The position numbers were made by a program, and so were the translations under genes. Shown piece after piece: positions 20,550 to 31,754 of a DNA stretch of 64,000 bases (its first letter is position 1; every line of letters starts with the position of its first letter). Under the pieces are notes generated by a model. The model did no database searches. It saw only the letters and a program-made list of their open reading frames with translations, and was not told where the DNA came from. The DNA is from Pseudomonadota bacterium. Lineage in GTDB: Bacteria > Bdellovibrionota_C > UBA2361 > OMIW01. The DNA lies in contig OMIW01000062.1 in assembly GCA_900299205.1 (NCBI GenBank), positions 8,770 to 72,769 on the forward strand, read 5' to 3'.

Positions 20550-20809
20550 AAACGCCTTAGACGCTCGATTTGACCGCCGATAGAAGACCCATTAGCAGCT
20601 TCTGAAACAACCTCGATCACGGCCCCATGAACCTGAAGAAGCTCATCAAAATCAGACCCTGTGACTTGGACCCCGCCGGCTATAAAATGCTCAAGAAGTG
20701 CTGAATACTCTTCAGCACTCTTTAACATTGCGTCGACTGAACCCGTCTCTTGAAGAACTGCCTTCCCAGCAGATAAGAGTCTCGGGATATCCGACTCGGT
20801 CACAATCAT
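20504..20809 (-). CDS. hypothetical protein
   Basis: 101-aa ORF between rplQ and lptE, overlapping lptE by 45 nt. No family recognised. Confidence 0.25.
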   Translation of the reverse strand: MIVTESDIPRLLSAGKAVLQETGSVDAMLKSAEEYSALLEHFIAGGVQVTGSDFDELLQVHGAVIEVVSEAANGSSIGGQIERLRRFCMKAYLSQMVKGER

Positions 20810-21159
20810 CGCACCAGTTCGATCAACGCCATATCAGCACAATCGCCATGGCGGACTCCCCCCTTTACAATCCTCGTATAACCCCCTGGTCGGGTACGAT
20901 ACTGAGGACCAACCTCGGCGAACAACTTGTGCACCACAGCCTTGTCAGTAATGTAGCCATACGCCTTACGCCTAGCGGGCAGCGTATCCTCTCTACCGAG
21001 AGAAATGAATTTCTCAACAATCGGGCGGAGATCCTTGGCCTTTTCCACGGTTGTCTCAATGCGACCCTCCCTAATAAAGGAGGTAACCATATTCCGAAAC
21101 AACGCACGACGATGAGAACTCGAACGCGAAAATTTTCTAAAATTCTTTGAATGCCTCAC
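20806..21159 (-). CDS. rplQ: 50S ribosomal protein L17
   Basis: 117 aa. 'MRHSKNFRKFSRSSSHRRALFRNMVTSFIREGRIETT'. Confidence 0.93.
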   Translation of the reverse strand: MRHSKNFRKFSRSSSHRRALFRNMVTSFIREGRIETTVEKAKDLRPIVEKFISLGREDTLPARRKAYGYITDKAVVHKLFAEVGPQYRTRPGGYTRIVKGGVRHGDCADMALIELVR

Positions 21160-21222
21160 AGACCATCCCTCGCTTGAAGTAAGTCAACACCAATCCTCAG
21201 CGTTGACCTTATTTTAAAACTT

Positions 21223-22239
21223 TTAATGATCGCCCGAGTCCCTCAAATTCTCGAGATCACGACGAGCGGGAAAATTCTCTAGCTTCATCCCGAGCGAGAG
21301 TCCCATTTCCGTGAGCATATCCTTGATCTCGTTGAGCGACTTTCGGCCAAAATTCTTAGTCCTGAGCATCTCTGGTTCCGACCTTTGAACCAGTTCTCCG
21401 ATATACTTGATATCCGCATTCTCTAAACAATTCGCTGACCTGACTGAAAGATCTATCTCCTCAATTCGTCTGAAAAGATTTTCGTTCAGCTTTTGTTTAG
21501 GCTCATCAAGACGAACCTCCTCCTCTGCAAGGATAAGGTCCTCCCCAACAAATACCCCAAGTTGTTCAGTTAAAATGTGCGCGGCTTGGGCCAGAGCAGA
21601 ACGGGGGTCTAACGACCCGTCGGTCCACACCTCGAGGACCAACTTGTCATAGTCGGTCCGCTGCCCAACTCTCGCATTGGAAACGGTATAATTTACTCGT
21701 CTTACTGGTGAAAATATTGAATCGATGAAAATGGTGCCCATGGCTGACCCATCTTCCTTATTCCTATCGGAGGGAACATACCCCCGACCTACCCTCACAT
21801 CAAGCGATAGAGCCACCGATGCCCCTTCCCCCAAGGTAGCAATGTGAGCGTCTGGATTGACTACCACAACCCCGGGATCGCCTGAGATCATCCCTGCTGT
21901 AATGTTACATGGCCCCGTCGCCTCAATTCGCACCGTCGACGCATCCTTGTCGTCCATCCTGAGCACGACTTCTTTGAGATTGAGAACTATCTCAGTAACA
22001 TCCTCCACCACCCCTGGGACAGTTGAAAACTCATGCATCACCCCATCAAACCTCAACGAGGTTACGGCAGCCCCTTGAAGGGAGGAGAGAAGAACTCGTC
22101 GGAGGCTGTTGCCGATCGTTAACCCGAACCCCCTTTCAAGCGGTTCAGCAACGAACTTGCTGTAATACAGAGCCTTATCGTCTCCCTCAACATCGATCCT
22201 CTTGGGGGACATCATGTCCCGCAAGCTAATCCTTCTCAT
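21223..22239 (-). CDS. rpoA: DNA-directed RNA polymerase subunit alpha
   Basis: 338 aa. The N-terminal domain and the C-terminal domain '[20 protein letters not shown]' are typical of RpoA. Confidence 0.95.
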   Translation of the reverse strand: MRRISLRDMMSPKRIDVEGDDKALYYSKFVAEPLERGFGLTIGNSLRRVLLSSLQGAAVTSLRFDGVMHEFSTVPGVVEDVTEIVLNLKEVVLRMDDKDASTVRIEATGPCNITAGMISGDPGVVVVNPDAHIATLGEGASVALSLDVRVGRGYVPSDRNKEDGSAMGTIFIDSIFSPVRRVNYTVSNARVGQRTDYDKLVLEVWTDGSLDPRSALAQAAHILTEQLGVFVGEDLILAEEEVRLDEPKQKLNENLFRRIEEIDLSVRSANCLENADIKYIGELVQRSEPEMLRTKNFGRKSLNEIKDMLTEMGLSLGMKLENFPARRDLENLRDSGDH

Positions 22240-22338
22240 AACGCATTCTCCTCACCTGACTATTCGGCCGTCAATTCACCCGGCCTATTAAAGTCCCACC
22301 AGCTGAATCGGCGACGTCCTCGGCACAGCGGACTGATG

Positions 22339-22965
22339 TTAACGTGAATACAACTCTACGACCAGCTGTTCATTTATCGATGCTGGAATCTGCTCTCGAG
22401 TAGGCAGGGATATAACGGACCCCTTGAGTGACTCGCGGTCGAGAGAGAGCCACCCCGGACTTGGACGCGAAGCAGAAGCCTCGATGCTGGCCCTTACCGA
22501 CACCGACCCTCTTTTGCTCTCGACGACCTCTAAAGTATCCCCAACCGAAACGGCATACGAGGGGATAGTCACCCGCGACCCATTGACGAGGATATGGCCA
22601 TGAGAAACAAGCTGGCGAGACTGAGCACGGGAAATACCGAAACCTAGGCGAAAAACACAGTTATCTAAGCGTCGTTCTAGCGCGACCAGCATTTCAGTGC
22701 CTGTAACTCCACGCCGTTGAGCCGCTTCGGTGTAGCACCTTCGGAACGCCTGTTCAGTAAGCCCATACATCCGCTTAGCCTTCTGCTTTGCTCTCAGCTG
22801 AACCTTGAAGCCAGAAAACGCTTGACGCCCCCGACCGTGCTGACCCGGCCCCCCCTGCCTACGCTCCATCGCACACTTACTTGTGTAACACCTCTCCCCT
22901 TTGAGAAAGAGTTTCTCCCCTTCCCTTCTACAAAGCCTGCATACCGCACCGCAATAACGAGCCAT
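22339..22965 (-). CDS. rpsD: 30S ribosomal protein S4
   Basis: 208 aa. 'MARYCGAVCRLCRREGEKLFLKGERCYTSKC'. Confidence 0.95.
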   Translation of the reverse strand: MARYCGAVCRLCRREGEKLFLKGERCYTSKCAMERRQGGPGQHGRGRQAFSGFKVQLRAKQKAKRMYGLTEQAFRRCYTEAAQRRGVTGTEMLVALERRLDNCVFRLGFGISRAQSRQLVSHGHILVNGSRVTIPSYAVSVGDTLEVVESKRGSVSVRASIEASASRPSPGWLSLDRESLKGSVISLPTREQIPASINEQLVVELYSR

Positions 22966-23021
22966 AATTTCCTCGAATATTTTCGAAAATTAACAGAACC
23001 TAGCCGAGTTACTCAACCACT

Positions 23022-23432
23022 CTACACGCGACGACTCTTGCGAGGCCTACATCCATTATGTGGGACGGGAGTCACATCACGTATCGAAGTAATATTTAGC
23101 CCCGAAGAATGCAAGGCCCTAAGCGCAGACTCCCGACCCGACCCCGGACCCTTGACGAATACGCTAACCGACTTCATCCCGCATTCCCTAGCCTTCCGAG
23201 CTGCATTTTCCCCTGCCACCTGGGCAGCAAATGGCGTCGACTTCCTAGAGCCCTTGAAGCCACCGCATCCGGCACTCGACCAGCTAACGACGTTACCGCG
23301 GGGATCAGAGATCGTGACGATCGTGTTGTTGAACGTCGCATAGACCTTTGCAACCCCAACAGGAATATTTTTCTTAACTTTCTTTTTCCTGAGAGATGAA
23401 TTCTTTACTTCAGCCAAGGTGCCTCCTCGCAT
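23022..23432 (-). CDS. rpsK: 30S ribosomal protein S11
   Basis: 136 aa. '...[26 protein letters not shown]...'. Confidence 0.95.
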   Translation of the reverse strand: MRGGTLAEVKNSSLRKKKVKKNIPVGVAKVYATFNNTIVTISDPRGNVVSWSSAGCGGFKGSRKSTPFAAQVAGENAARKARECGMKSVSVFVKGPGSGRESALRALHSSGLNITSIRDVTPVPHNGCRPRKSRRV

Positions 23433-23480
23433 CTTTTCTAAAAAATCGACCAGACGGCCGCATTGATCCTGTTGGGATAG

Positions 23481-23864
23481 CTACTTCTTACCGGGAGCCT
23501 TCTTGCCAGCAATCGCAGCCTTACGGGGCCCCTTCCGAGTCCGAGCATTCGTGCGTGTCCTTTGCCCTCGAACAGGGAGATTCCTCCTGTGGCGCATCCC
23601 CCTATACGCACCAAGGTCCATCAGACGCTTAATGCTCATTTGAACCTCTCGCCGGAGGTCCCCTTCAACCTTCTCACGAGTCTCGATTATCGACCTTATA
23701 CGAGCTAGCTCGTCCTCTGTCAGGCGATCGGTCCGGGTGTCTTCCGGTACGTTGGACTCCTGGAGAATCTTCTTGGATTTCGTCAAGCCAATCCCGTAAA
23801 TATATGTAAGCCCCCGAACGACCCTCTTATTTTTTGGTAGGTCAACTCCTGCAATCCGCGGCAT
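23481..23864 (-). CDS. rpsM: 30S ribosomal protein S13
   Basis: 127 aa. '[26 protein letters not shown]'. Confidence 0.95.
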   Translation of the reverse strand: MPRIAGVDLPKNKRVVRGLTYIYGIGLTKSKKILQESNVPEDTRTDRLTEDELARIRSIIETREKVEGDLRREVQMSIKRLMDLGAYRGMRHRRNLPVRGQRTRTNARTRKGPRKAAIAGKKAPGKK

Positions 23865-23932
23865 AACTTTCTCCTGTCCCTGTTCTTTTGCTGCTCTTTA
23901 TCTCTAACCATCCTATAGGGACGGTTTAGCCA

Positions 23933-24049
23933 TCACCCTTGACGCTGCTTGTGCTTTGGGCTGCGGCTGCAAATCACATAGACAACCCCTCGCCTGCGTA
24001 TTACCTTACAGTAGCCGCAAATCGGCTTGACTGACGCTCTCACCTTCAT
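23933..24049 (-). CDS. rpmJ: 50S ribosomal protein L36 (38 aa; below the ORF-track length cut-off)
   Basis: Translated by hand from the reverse strand: [38 protein letters not shown]. The position between adk and rpsM is canonical. Confidence 0.9.
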   Translation of the reverse strand: MKVRASVKPICGYCKVIRRRGVVYVICSRSPKHKQRQG

Positions 24050-24260
24050 TCGACCCCCTACCCTTAAATTGGACTCCGACTCTTGCACCCTTACCGGATT
24101 TTCATCCCGACATCGCCTAGCTCACCAATCTATCCCGGAATGCCGCCCCAAGCCATTGGGCCCATGAGGCTTCCATATAGCTGGGGCGAAACTGTATCGT
24201 ATTTCTATTGGGGATTCAAGAACGATAACCCGTAAATTTAAAACTACTAAAAATATCTCC

Positions 24261-24875
24261 TTAGGGTTTCGCGAGACATTGATGGTCCTGAGCACCCACC
24301 GCGAGCTTGACTCGACCAAAAACTTCCTCCCGGGAACCGGCCCCCTCTAAAGAAACAAGGACTCCCAAACGTTCATAGTGATCGATGACCGGTTGAGTCT
24401 CACGTTCGAATACAGCCATTCTCGCCACCACGACTTCATCCCTATCATCGAGTCTCAGCTGCCCGACATTGCTAGCCTCTCGATACTGAATTCTCTCCGA
24501 AGCCACTTGATGCGGGAGCCTTAGCTCGATTACCACCAATTGTCGAATTCCAAATTTCAATATCACCTCTTGGAATGCCACAGCTTGGGGAAGAGTTCGC
24601 GGAAAACCATCGAAGATAATCCCTGGGATTCGGCCTACTAACTGATGCATCCTCTCAGAGATTAGAGACAATATAAGAGCATCTGGCACTAGACTACCAG
24701 CTTCTACAAACCCCTGAGCCTTCAGACCTAATTCAGTATGTTCGCGAATAGCACTTCTAAGAATTTCGCCTGTTGAGATGTGAGCGTATCCGAGTTGCTC
24801 TCGTAGCAATTCCCCCTGAGTCCCTTTGCCCGACCCCGGCCGTCCTAGTAAAATGACTACAGTTGTCTCAGACAT
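24261..24875 (-). CDS. adk: adenylate kinase
   Basis: 'VVILLGRPGSGKGTQ' P-loop plus LID/NMP regions. The start is probably Met5 of the track ORF (24875). Confidence 0.92.
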   Translation of the reverse strand: MSETTVVILLGRPGSGKGTQGELLREQLGYAHISTGEILRSAIREHTELGLKAQGFVEAGSLVPDALILSLISERMHQLVGRIPGIIFDGFPRTLPQAVAFQEVILKFGIRQLVVIELRLPHQVASERIQYREASNVGQLRLDDRDEVVVARMAVFERETQPVIDHYERLGVLVSLEGAGSREEVFGRVKLAVGAQDHQCLAKP

Positions 24876-24900
24876 ATGGATCCCCAAAGTAGTAATGGAC

Positions 24901-26232
24901 TCACCCCCGGCGGAGCAAACGCTTGCGCCCGCTGACCATGGGAGCCCGGATTTTAGAGCTTTTCGACATGAGGTCCTCGTAATTCCTGGCTACCAAAAGA
25001 GAATTAATTTGGGCAGCTGTATCGAGCGTAACACCCACCACGATTAGAATCGCAGTACCCCCAAAAACGTAGGCGAAATCGCGGACTCCGAACCAGACAT
25101 AAACCAGCTGAGGGATGATGCAAATCGCCGCACAGTAAAAAGCCCCCCAAAGAGTGAGCCTAGACAAAATCCCATAAAGATGATCCGCGGTTTCTCTTCC
25201 TGGACGGACACCAGGAATAAAGCCCCCATTCTTCTTCAAATTCTCAGCCACTTCATCTGGATTGAAAATTATCGAGGTATAAAAGAAACTGAACATGATA
25301 ATGAGTCCCCCAAACAAAACCTCGTAAAACCAGGCTCCAGGCGCAAGGGAGGAGGCCGCGTCAGCAAGGAATTGGTTCCCCGAGAAGCCAAGCGCTGTTG
25401 ACAAAAAAACAATCAGCGCTGAGGCAAAGATCGGCGGAATAACACTCGCCATATTTATTTTCAACGGCATGAACTGCATGACCGGCTGGGTAACCCGATT
25501 GTTCACCGTTCGACGTGGGTACTGTACCGGGACTTTCCTTTGGCACCGCTCCACAAAGACAATACATGCTACCGACAGAACAGAAAAAAGCAGAGTCAGA
25601 AGTACCGAAGAGGGCGGCACTGCACCGATCTGAGCCAATCCCACGGTTCCTATGAGAACGTCGGGCATGCGGGCCACTATCCCGGCGAATATGATAATAC
25701 TCGTCCCATTACCTATTCCCCTCTCTGATATCTGCTCCCCGAGCCACATAACGAATGCCGTCCCGGCAGACAGCGTTATGGCCGTGGTGACCCGAAATAA
25801 GGCACCCGATGTAATCACCAGGTCCTGGCGCTCTAACCCGACCGCGATGAAATAGCCCTGGATGAGCGCGAGAAAGATAGTACCTATCCGAGTGTACCGG
25901 GCCAGAACTCGCCTGCCCGATGCCCCTTCTTTCCTTAGTGCCTCGAGGGCAGGTATCAGAGGGGAAAGCACCTGTACTATAATCGAAACTGAAATATACG
26001 GCGAAATTCCTAGAGTGAAAATTGAAAAATTCTCAAGGGCGCCACCAGAAAACATATTAACAAGGCCGAAGAGGGCCCCCCCGGCGCCCTCAAACTGCCT
26101 TCGAAGCCTATCGACATCTATCCCAGGAGTTGATACGAATACCCCCAATCGGTATACGGCCAACATAGCAAGCGTAAACAACAGCCTTCGTCTGAGGTCA
26201 GGTACTTTTAAAAACGCAGCGAAAAAATTCAT
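24901..26232 (-). CDS. secY: preprotein translocase subunit SecY
   Basis: 443 aa, 10 TM segments, 'GISPYISVSIIVQ'. Confidence 0.95.
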   Translation of the reverse strand: MNFFAAFLKVPDLRRRLLFTLAMLAVYRLGVFVSTPGIDVDRLRRQFEGAGGALFGLVNMFSGGALENFSIFTLGISPYISVSIIVQVLSPLIPALEALRKEGASGRRVLARYTRIGTIFLALIQGYFIAVGLERQDLVITSGALFRVTTAITLSAGTAFVMWLGEQISERGIGNGTSIIIFAGIVARMPDVLIGTVGLAQIGAVPPSSVLLTLLFSVLSVACIVFVERCQRKVPVQYPRRTVNNRVTQPVMQFMPLKINMASVIPPIFASALIVFLSTALGFSGNQFLADAASSLAPGAWFYEVLFGGLIIMFSFFYTSIIFNPDEVAENLKKNGGFIPGVRPGRETADHLYGILSRLTLWGAFYCAAICIIPQLVYVWFGVRDFAYVFGGTAILIVVGVTLDTAAQINSLLVARNYEDLMSKSSKIRAPMVSGRKRLLRRG

Positions 26233-26377
26233 TTCATAGCCATGAGATCAGCACCGTTGCTCAGCCTATCTCGCCCTTAAACTTTACCTTATCGAGGAGC
26301 CGACCACAGAGCCTCAATTTGGGCGATGACTACGCCAAGCACGCTGGTTCTAAAAGGGAACTGCTGCAGTCCACGAC

Positions 26378-26845
26378 TTAGGAAATTATCTGAACGTCTC
26401 CGCCCAACGCGCGAACTGCCTTGACCGCAGCATCCGAAGCTGCCTGAACCCGAACGATAACTCGTTTCGTAACTTCCCCATCATTGAGGAGTTTAAATCC
26501 CCCTTTTTCATCCGAACTGGCAGCGAACCCTAGTGCTCGGAAATTGTCAGCGTCTACTATGGACCCATCATCAAAAAAATTTAGTGCTTCAACGGGAACT
26601 AAAGTAAAGAGATTCTTTCCTTTGATACGAAGAAGCGACTTGAATCCGAACTTACGAACCCGTCGGTAGAGGGGCATTTGTCCCCCTTCAAACCCCGGGC
26701 GAATAGTTCCCCCTGACCGTGCTGTCTGCCCTTTACCCCCGCGGCCACAGGTTTTACCAATCCCGGATGATTCTCCACGACCGACTCTCTTCTTGCGCTT
26801 CCGTGCTGCTGGATCGCCTTTCAGTGTGGAAAGCTGTATTTCCAT
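26378..26845 (-). CDS. rplO: 50S ribosomal protein L15
   Basis: 155 aa. '[22 protein letters not shown]'. Confidence 0.93.
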   Translation of the reverse strand: MEIQLSTLKGDPAARKRKKRVGRGESSGIGKTCGRGGKGQTARSGGTIRPGFEGGQMPLYRRVRKFGFKSLLRIKGKNLFTLVPVEALNFFDDGSIVDADNFRALGFAASSDEKGGFKLLNDGEVTKRVIVRVQAASDAAVKAVRALGGDVQIIS

Positions 26846-26906
26846 GATATTTCCCTTTCGTTTTACTCCGAGGCCAAATCCCCTTCTGTTGTGGACAGGA
26901 TCAGCG

Positions 26907-27113
26907 CTACTCGACTCTCACAAGCTGCTCCACACGACGTACCATTCCGGAAGTCGCTGGATTCACGGGAATGGATGCCCTATCGCCAATCCGACGGAGC
27001 CCTAATGCGTGCATAGTACGTACGACTGCCTTCGTCCGACCGGCAACGCTCCGTACTTGGCGGACAACGATTTTTACCTTAGATTTTTCCCTATTTATCT
27101 CTGCGCCCGACAT
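26907..27113 (-). CDS. rpmD: 50S ribosomal protein L30
   Basis: 68 aa. '[30 protein letters not shown]'. Confidence 0.9.
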   Translation of the reverse strand: MSGAEINREKSKVKIVVRQVRSVAGRTKAVVRTMHALGLRRIGDRASIPVNPATSGMVRRVEQLVRVE

Positions 27114-27211
27114 CTCAACTCCGAAATTTAAAAAGCCCTTCGACTATTCTCCCTCAAACAGGAACTTGAGAAGGGCGTCATCGCCACTTGGACAACCCTC
27201 GCCCACCCGTG

Positions 27212-27745
27212 TTAATAAGGGACATAACCGAGTGCCTCTATTGAACCCCCTCGCTCTGACACTACCTCATTGGGGTCCCTTAGCTGGCTTACCCCCTCGA
27301 GCGTTGCCCAAACAACATTGTGTGGGGTATTAGACCCAATACACTTTGTCCTGACATCCTTCACACCGGAAGCCTCTAAGACTGCCCGCACAGCCCCTCC
27401 GGCTATCACTCCTGTTCCTGGGGCAGCTGGCTTCATAACAACCCGCGTGGGGCCGAAACGGCCTAGGACTTCGTGCGTAAGGGTAGAGCCCTTCATCGGT
27501 ACCCGAACAAGTCTCTTCCGAGCTTGCTCTCCCGCCTTCCTGATAGCCTCGGGCACCTCGGCAGCTTTGCCTAATCCGACGCCCACATGGCCCTGACCAT
27601 CTCCAGTAACTACAAGAGCACTAAAGCTGAACCGGCGCCCCCCTTTCACTACCTTCGCCACCCGCCTTATCGAGACCGTCTTGTCAGACAACTCCCCACA
27701 CTGGGATTGTGATACTCGCTCATTCTGTAACTTGCTCGCACGCAT
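27212..27745 (-). CDS. rpsE: 30S ribosomal protein S5
   Basis: 177 aa. '[35 protein letters not shown]'. Confidence 0.95.
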   Translation of the reverse strand: MRASKLQNERVSQSQCGELSDKTVSIRRVAKVVKGGRRFSFSALVVTGDGQGHVGVGLGKAAEVPEAIRKAGEQARKRLVRVPMKGSTLTHEVLGRFGPTRVVMKPAAPGTGVIAGGAVRAVLEASGVKDVRTKCIGSNTPHNVVWATLEGVSQLRDPNEVVSERGGSIEALGYVPY

Positions 27746-27756
27746 GCTTTTTTCCT

Positions 27757-28191
27757 TTAGAAAACGAGTCCACCTTCTCGGGCACCCTCTGCAAGAGCGC
27801 GTACCCTACCCCAATAGGCAAATCCATTGCGGTCAAACACGACCCTACCGTAGCCTGCTCGGAGCGAACGCTCCGCTAGCACGATCCCCACAACCCGAGC
27901 AGCCGCAACGCTTTTTTTGCTAGTAGCGGTGGCACCCTCGACAGCTTCTACCGATTCTCTACTTTTTTCAATCCCAAGCTGCTTTATCCGAGTCTGAACT
28001 TCTTCATCCAGCGTCGATGCCGACACGACCGTACTTCGTGCGTCGTCGAGTATAAGCTGGGCGTACATATGCTTACTACTCCTGAAGACACTGATACGGG
28101 GCCTCTCTGAATGACCGGATACCTTTGCTCTGATCCTAAGTTTACTCCTCTTACGTGGATTCATCTGGGAGCTACGCGACTTTCTTGCCAT
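27757..28191 (-). CDS. rplR: 50S ribosomal protein L18
   Basis: 144 aa. '[20 protein letters not shown]...[24 protein letters not shown]'. Confidence 0.93.
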   Translation of the reverse strand: MARKSRSSQMNPRKRSKLRIRAKVSGHSERPRISVFRSSKHMYAQLILDDARSTVVSASTLDEEVQTRIKQLGIEKSRESVEAVEGATATSKKSVAAARVVGIVLAERSLRAGYGRVVFDRNGFAYWGRVRALAEGAREGGLVF

Positions 28192-28245
28192 CTCTTACCT
28201 ACACGTTGTCAAAAGTCCTTATGCACTGAAAACTCTGCTGACCCT

Positions 28246-28782
28246 TTACTTCTTGCCGGTCTTACCCGCCTTGCGCCTAATTACCTCATCCGAATACCGT
28301 ATACCTTTGCCGAGATACGGCTCCGGCGGCTGAACATTCCTGATGGTAGCAGCAAAGCGCCCCACGAGTTCCCTGTCACAGGATTGCAATTCGATGCTTG
28401 TCTTACCCACTGAGCACCCAACTCCGGACGGAATCTGCAATCTGACTTCATGGGAAAAACCACAGGAAAGAATAAGCTCTTCCCCAACAAGTTTCGCTCC
28501 GAACCCAACACCTGTCATTTCCAAGTTCTTCTTCCAACCCGAGGACGCCCCAACTACCATCGCCTGTATTAGTGCTCGAGTTGTTCCAAAGTCGGCTGCT
28601 GCCTGCTTGTCGGATACCACCTTCGACACAACAACACTTTTACCGTCAACAACCACAGAGACGCCAGGAGCAAGACGCTTAGCCAGAGTTCCTTTGGGAC
28701 CCTTTACTTGTACCTCATTGCCATCAATGGCTACAGTTACCCCACCGGGAATTTCCACCGGCAGCTTTCCAATCCTCGACAT
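28246..28782 (-). CDS. rplF: 50S ribosomal protein L6
   Basis: 178 aa. 'MSRIGKLPVEIPGGVTVAIDGNEVQVKGPKG'. Confidence 0.95.
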   Translation of the reverse strand: MSRIGKLPVEIPGGVTVAIDGNEVQVKGPKGTLAKRLAPGVSVVVDGKSVVVSKVVSDKQAAADFGTTRALIQAMVVGASSGWKKNLEMTGVGFGAKLVGEELILSCGFSHEVRLQIPSGVGCSVGKTSIELQSCDRELVGRFAATIRNVQPPEPYLGKGIRYSDEVIRRKAGKTGKK

Positions 28783-28791
28783 GACAACTCC

Positions 28792-29193
28792 CTAAGATAC
28801 CGTCATCAAAATTTCACCGCCCACATGAGCCTTCCGCGCTTGCGAGTCCGTCATCACTCCTTGCGGAGTTGACACGATAGCGACTCCCAATCCTGCTCGA
28901 ACCTTTTTTAGCTCATCCACACGGGCATACACTCGCCTCCCACTTCTACTTACCCTACGACATTCCCGAATCACGGGCCTGCCGGTTTTTCCGTAGCGTA
29001 GGGTTACTATAAAGTCAAACCCTCCCCTCCCCGGGACAGACTCTCGGCGGTACCCTCCGACAAATCTCTCCGACGAAAGAACCTCAAGAACCCGCTCGAC
29101 TTGGTTTGAGCCCAGTATCCTTACTGTATCGCTCCCAATCATCTGAGCGTTGCGAATTCGCGTCAGCATGTCGGCTAGTGGATCTAATATCAT
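28792..29193 (-). CDS. rpsH: 30S ribosomal protein S8
   Basis: 133 aa. 'MILDPLADMLTRIRNAQMIG'. Confidence 0.95.
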   Translation of the reverse strand: MILDPLADMLTRIRNAQMIGSDTVRILGSNQVERVLEVLSSERFVGGYRRESVPGRGGFDFIVTLRYGKTGRPVIRECRRVSRSGRRVYARVDELKKVRAGLGVAIVSTPQGVMTDSQARKAHVGGEILMTVS

Positions 29194-29260
29194 ATTTTTC
29201 CTTTACTCTCAGCCAATTTTGGCCTCAACACCCGATTAACCCAGAACCCCTTGTCGTCCT

Positions 29261-29881
29261 TTACTTCCGGAAAGGCAAACCAAGAAGCCTCAAAAGTTCT
29301 CTAGCTTCATCATCACTCTTTGCACTCGTAATGATTGAGATATCCATACCCCGGATCCTGTCTAGCTTATCAATATCGATCTCAGGGAAAACTATCTGTT
29401 CTTTCAAGCCCATCGTATAATTACCATTACCGTCGAACCCTTTTTTGGGTATCCCACGGAAATCCCTCAGCCGGGGAAGTGCTACCGAAATGAAACGGTC
29501 AAGAAATTCATACATTCTCCGATTCCGGAGAGTTACCATACAACCAACCGCCGCACCTTGACGGAGTTTGAAACTGGCGATACTCTTCCGCGCCCTTGTT
29601 ATCATTGGCTTCTGTCCGCTGATCTGCCGCATTGCATAGTCGGCAAATTGCATTGCCTTCGGATTCGCCGATGCCTCACCAACACCTGAGTTAAGGACAA
29701 CCTTAAGAACCCGGGGAACCTCCATGGGGCTTTTATACTGGAACTCCTTCATTAGGGCGGGGACGACTTCGTTTTTATACCTATCGGATAGCCGAGTCAT
29801 GAGCGACCTCACTTTGCTGTTACTTCTGTTGTAGGCCGATAACCGACCCTTCCTATTTACACCCAATAGTACACCGTCCAT
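29261..29881 (-). CDS. rplE: 50S ribosomal protein L5 (true start probably Met28 at 29800)
   Basis: '[37 protein letters not shown]...LGLPFRK'. Confidence 0.93.
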   Translation of the reverse strand: MDGVLLGVNRKGRLSAYNRSNSKVRSLMTRLSDRYKNEVVPALMKEFQYKSPMEVPRVLKVVLNSGVGEASANPKAMQFADYAMRQISGQKPMITRARKSIASFKLRQGAAVGCMVTLRNRRMYEFLDRFISVALPRLRDFRGIPKKGFDGNGNYTMGLKEQIVFPEIDIDKLDRIRGMDISIITSAKSDDEARELLRLLGLPFRK

Positions 29882-30258
29882 TACCTCGGCGATGCCACCT
29901 CAGTGAATTCCCTGGTCAATGGATGGCGATAGCCACGGACCTTGGTTCCGTCCAAACGAATCGACGTGCCTAGCCGCACAGGCCTCTTCAAGTCGTGAAC
30001 ATAGAACATCACGTTCGAGAGATGAATTGACCCCTCCTTACGGAGAATCGCACCTTTCTCCCCCGCTCTGCTTGCTCGCTTGTAAAACGCCTTCAGATTC
30101 AACCCCTTTACGATTACTCTATCGCCTTGAAACTTAAGGATTGTACCCACCTGAGACACCAGGGGGTTTTTTACTTTGTTTCCCCCAGATATCACCATCA
30201 CCGTATCCCCCACCTTAAGAAGGGTGTGTGTCCGGCTGTTTTTATCAATACTCTTCAT
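29881..30258 (-). CDS. rplX: 50S ribosomal protein L24 (with C-terminal extension)
   Basis: 125 aa. KOW motif '[29 protein letters not shown]'. Confidence 0.88.
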   Translation of the reverse strand: MKSIDKNSRTHTLLKVGDTVMVISGGNKVKNPLVSQVGTILKFQGDRVIVKGLNLKAFYKRASRAGEKGAILRKEGSIHLSNVMFYVHDLKRPVRLGTSIRLDGTKVRGYRHPLTREFTEVASPR

Positions 30259-30270
30259 AGACTAATCCAA

Positions 30271-30639
30271 TTAAAGAACCTCGGGAGCGAGTGATACTAT
30301 CTTCATGAACTTCTTTGCACGGAGCTCTCTTGCAACAGGCCCAAATATACGGGTTCCAACAGGCTCCTTGCTGGCATTGATGAGGACCGCAGAGTTATCA
30401 TCGAACCGGAGTGACTGACCATCGGCTCGGGATATGGAACTCGCGGTCCTTACAACTACCGCCTTATGGACGCTACCCTTTGCGATTTTGCTATTTGCAA
30501 GTGCCTCCTTGACTGCCACCACAATTACGTCACCGACCCGAGCGTATCTGCGACGCGACCCTCCGAGTACCTTTACACATACCACCTTTCGTGCGCCTGA
30601 ATTATCTGCCACATCAAGGATGGATTTCATCTGAATCAT
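30271..30639 (-). CDS. rplN: 50S ribosomal protein L14
   Basis: 122 aa. '[33 protein letters not shown]'. Confidence 0.95.
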   Translation of the reverse strand: MIQMKSILDVADNSGARKVVCVKVLGGSRRRYARVGDVIVVAVKEALANSKIAKGSVHKAVVVRTASSISRADGQSLRFDDNSAVLINASKEPVGTRIFGPVARELRAKKFMKIVSLAPEVL

Positions 30640-30712
30640 TTTTTTCTCCTGTAGATTCTGGGCATTTATCCGAAACCGTAACTTCGCTTGGGCCTAAGAG
30701 GCCCTTGGGAAG

Positions 30713-30973
30713 CTAGTTAGCCCTCCGAATGACCTCCTTGACGATCCACCTCTTCCGGCGACTTAGAGGCCTTGTCTCCTCTATGCGGACAAGGTCACCC
30801 ACCCCACACTCAAGAAGATCGTTGTGCGCGAGGAATTTCTTCGTCCTACGAATATATTTTTTATATAGCGGATGCTCGACGCGGCGGGTAACCCCCACAA
30901 CGACGGTCTTCTCCATCTTGTCGCTTAAAACCAACCCCTGTTGACTCTTTCGTGATTTGTTTTCTATTTCCAT
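30713..30973 (-). CDS. rpsQ: 30S ribosomal protein S17
   Basis: '[65 protein letters not shown]'. The start is probably Met15 of the track ORF. Confidence 0.9.
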   Translation of the reverse strand: MEIENKSRKSQQGLVLSDKMEKTVVVGVTRRVEHPLYKKYIRRTKKFLAHNDLLECGVGDLVRIEETRPLSRRKRWIVKEVIRRAN

Positions 30974-31020
30974 ATTACCCCTCCGGTTGGCGGTAGGCCC
31001 AAATAGAGAAACCATTCAGG

Positions 31021-31248
31021 TCATGCCGTTCGCTGACCAGCTTGACGCGATAGTTCTCTTTTCCTCAGCTCTGTCTCAATCCGTGCCAAATCCCTCCTAG
31101 CTGCTGAGGAAGCCTGGCCCGCCTCTCCCTGACCAACAGCAACCCGAAAACGACTCTTCATAAGCCCCTCGGCTGCCTCAATTCTCTTTCTTTTGAGCTC
31201 TTCTAGGGATAAGCCCGACAGCTCAGCTAATAAATCACGCCTCTTCAT
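31021..31248 (-). CDS. rpmC: 50S ribosomal protein L29
   Basis: 75 aa. 'LSGLSLEELKRKRIEAAEGLMKSRFRVAVGQ'. Confidence 0.9.
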   Translation of the reverse strand: MKRRDLLAELSGLSLEELKRKRIEAAEGLMKSRFRVAVGQGEAGQASSAARRDLARIETELRKRELSRQAGQRTA

Positions 31249-31282
31249 GGCAATCTCCGAAAACTTTAAGTCTGACCATCCC

Positions 31283-31708
31283 CTAAAGTAGCGTCACGCC
31301 GCGAGCGACGAACTTCGTCTTGAATGGAAGCTTCGCCGCTGCAAGACGAAACGCCTCAGCAGCTACACTCTCTGAAACACCTGTCATTTCATAAAGAAGA
31401 CGACCAGCACGAACCTCGGCAACCCAATATTCGGGGGACCCTTTCCCGGAGCCCATCCGCGTCTCGGCCGGCTTCTTGGTAATAGGCTTATCAGGAAACA
31501 CTCGAATCCAAATCTTTCCCCCTCGCTTTACATGACGAGTCATTGCAATACGAGCTGCCTCAATCTGACGGCTAGTAAGCCAAGCGGATTCAACCGCCCT
31601 CAAACCGAAATCGCCGAATGAAAGCGAGCAGCCTCTCGTCTCAACACCCTTCAGGTGCTGAGCCATTTTCATTTGCTTCCTATACTTTGGTTTCCTAGGC
31701 GAAAGCAT
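31283..31708 (-). CDS. rplP: 50S ribosomal protein L16
   Basis: 141 aa. '[15 protein letters not shown]...[28 protein letters not shown]'. Confidence 0.95.
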   Translation of the reverse strand: MLSPRKPKYRKQMKMAQHLKGVETRGCSLSFGDFGLRAVESAWLTSRQIEAARIAMTRHVKRGGKIWIRVFPDKPITKKPAETRMGSGKGSPEYWVAEVRAGRLLYEMTGVSESVAAEAFRLAAAKLPFKTKFVARGVTLL

Positions 31709-31754
31709 TTTCTGTCTCCTTTAACCAGACTACGATTTGGCGCCGCTTGAAATA

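Noticed and set aside
24050-24319. 65-aa minus-strand ORF (24122..24319) and a search for infA between adk and rpmJ
   Set aside because: The ORF overlaps the 3' end of adk, and no frame gives an IF-1-like OB-fold sequence. infA is concluded to be elsewhere.
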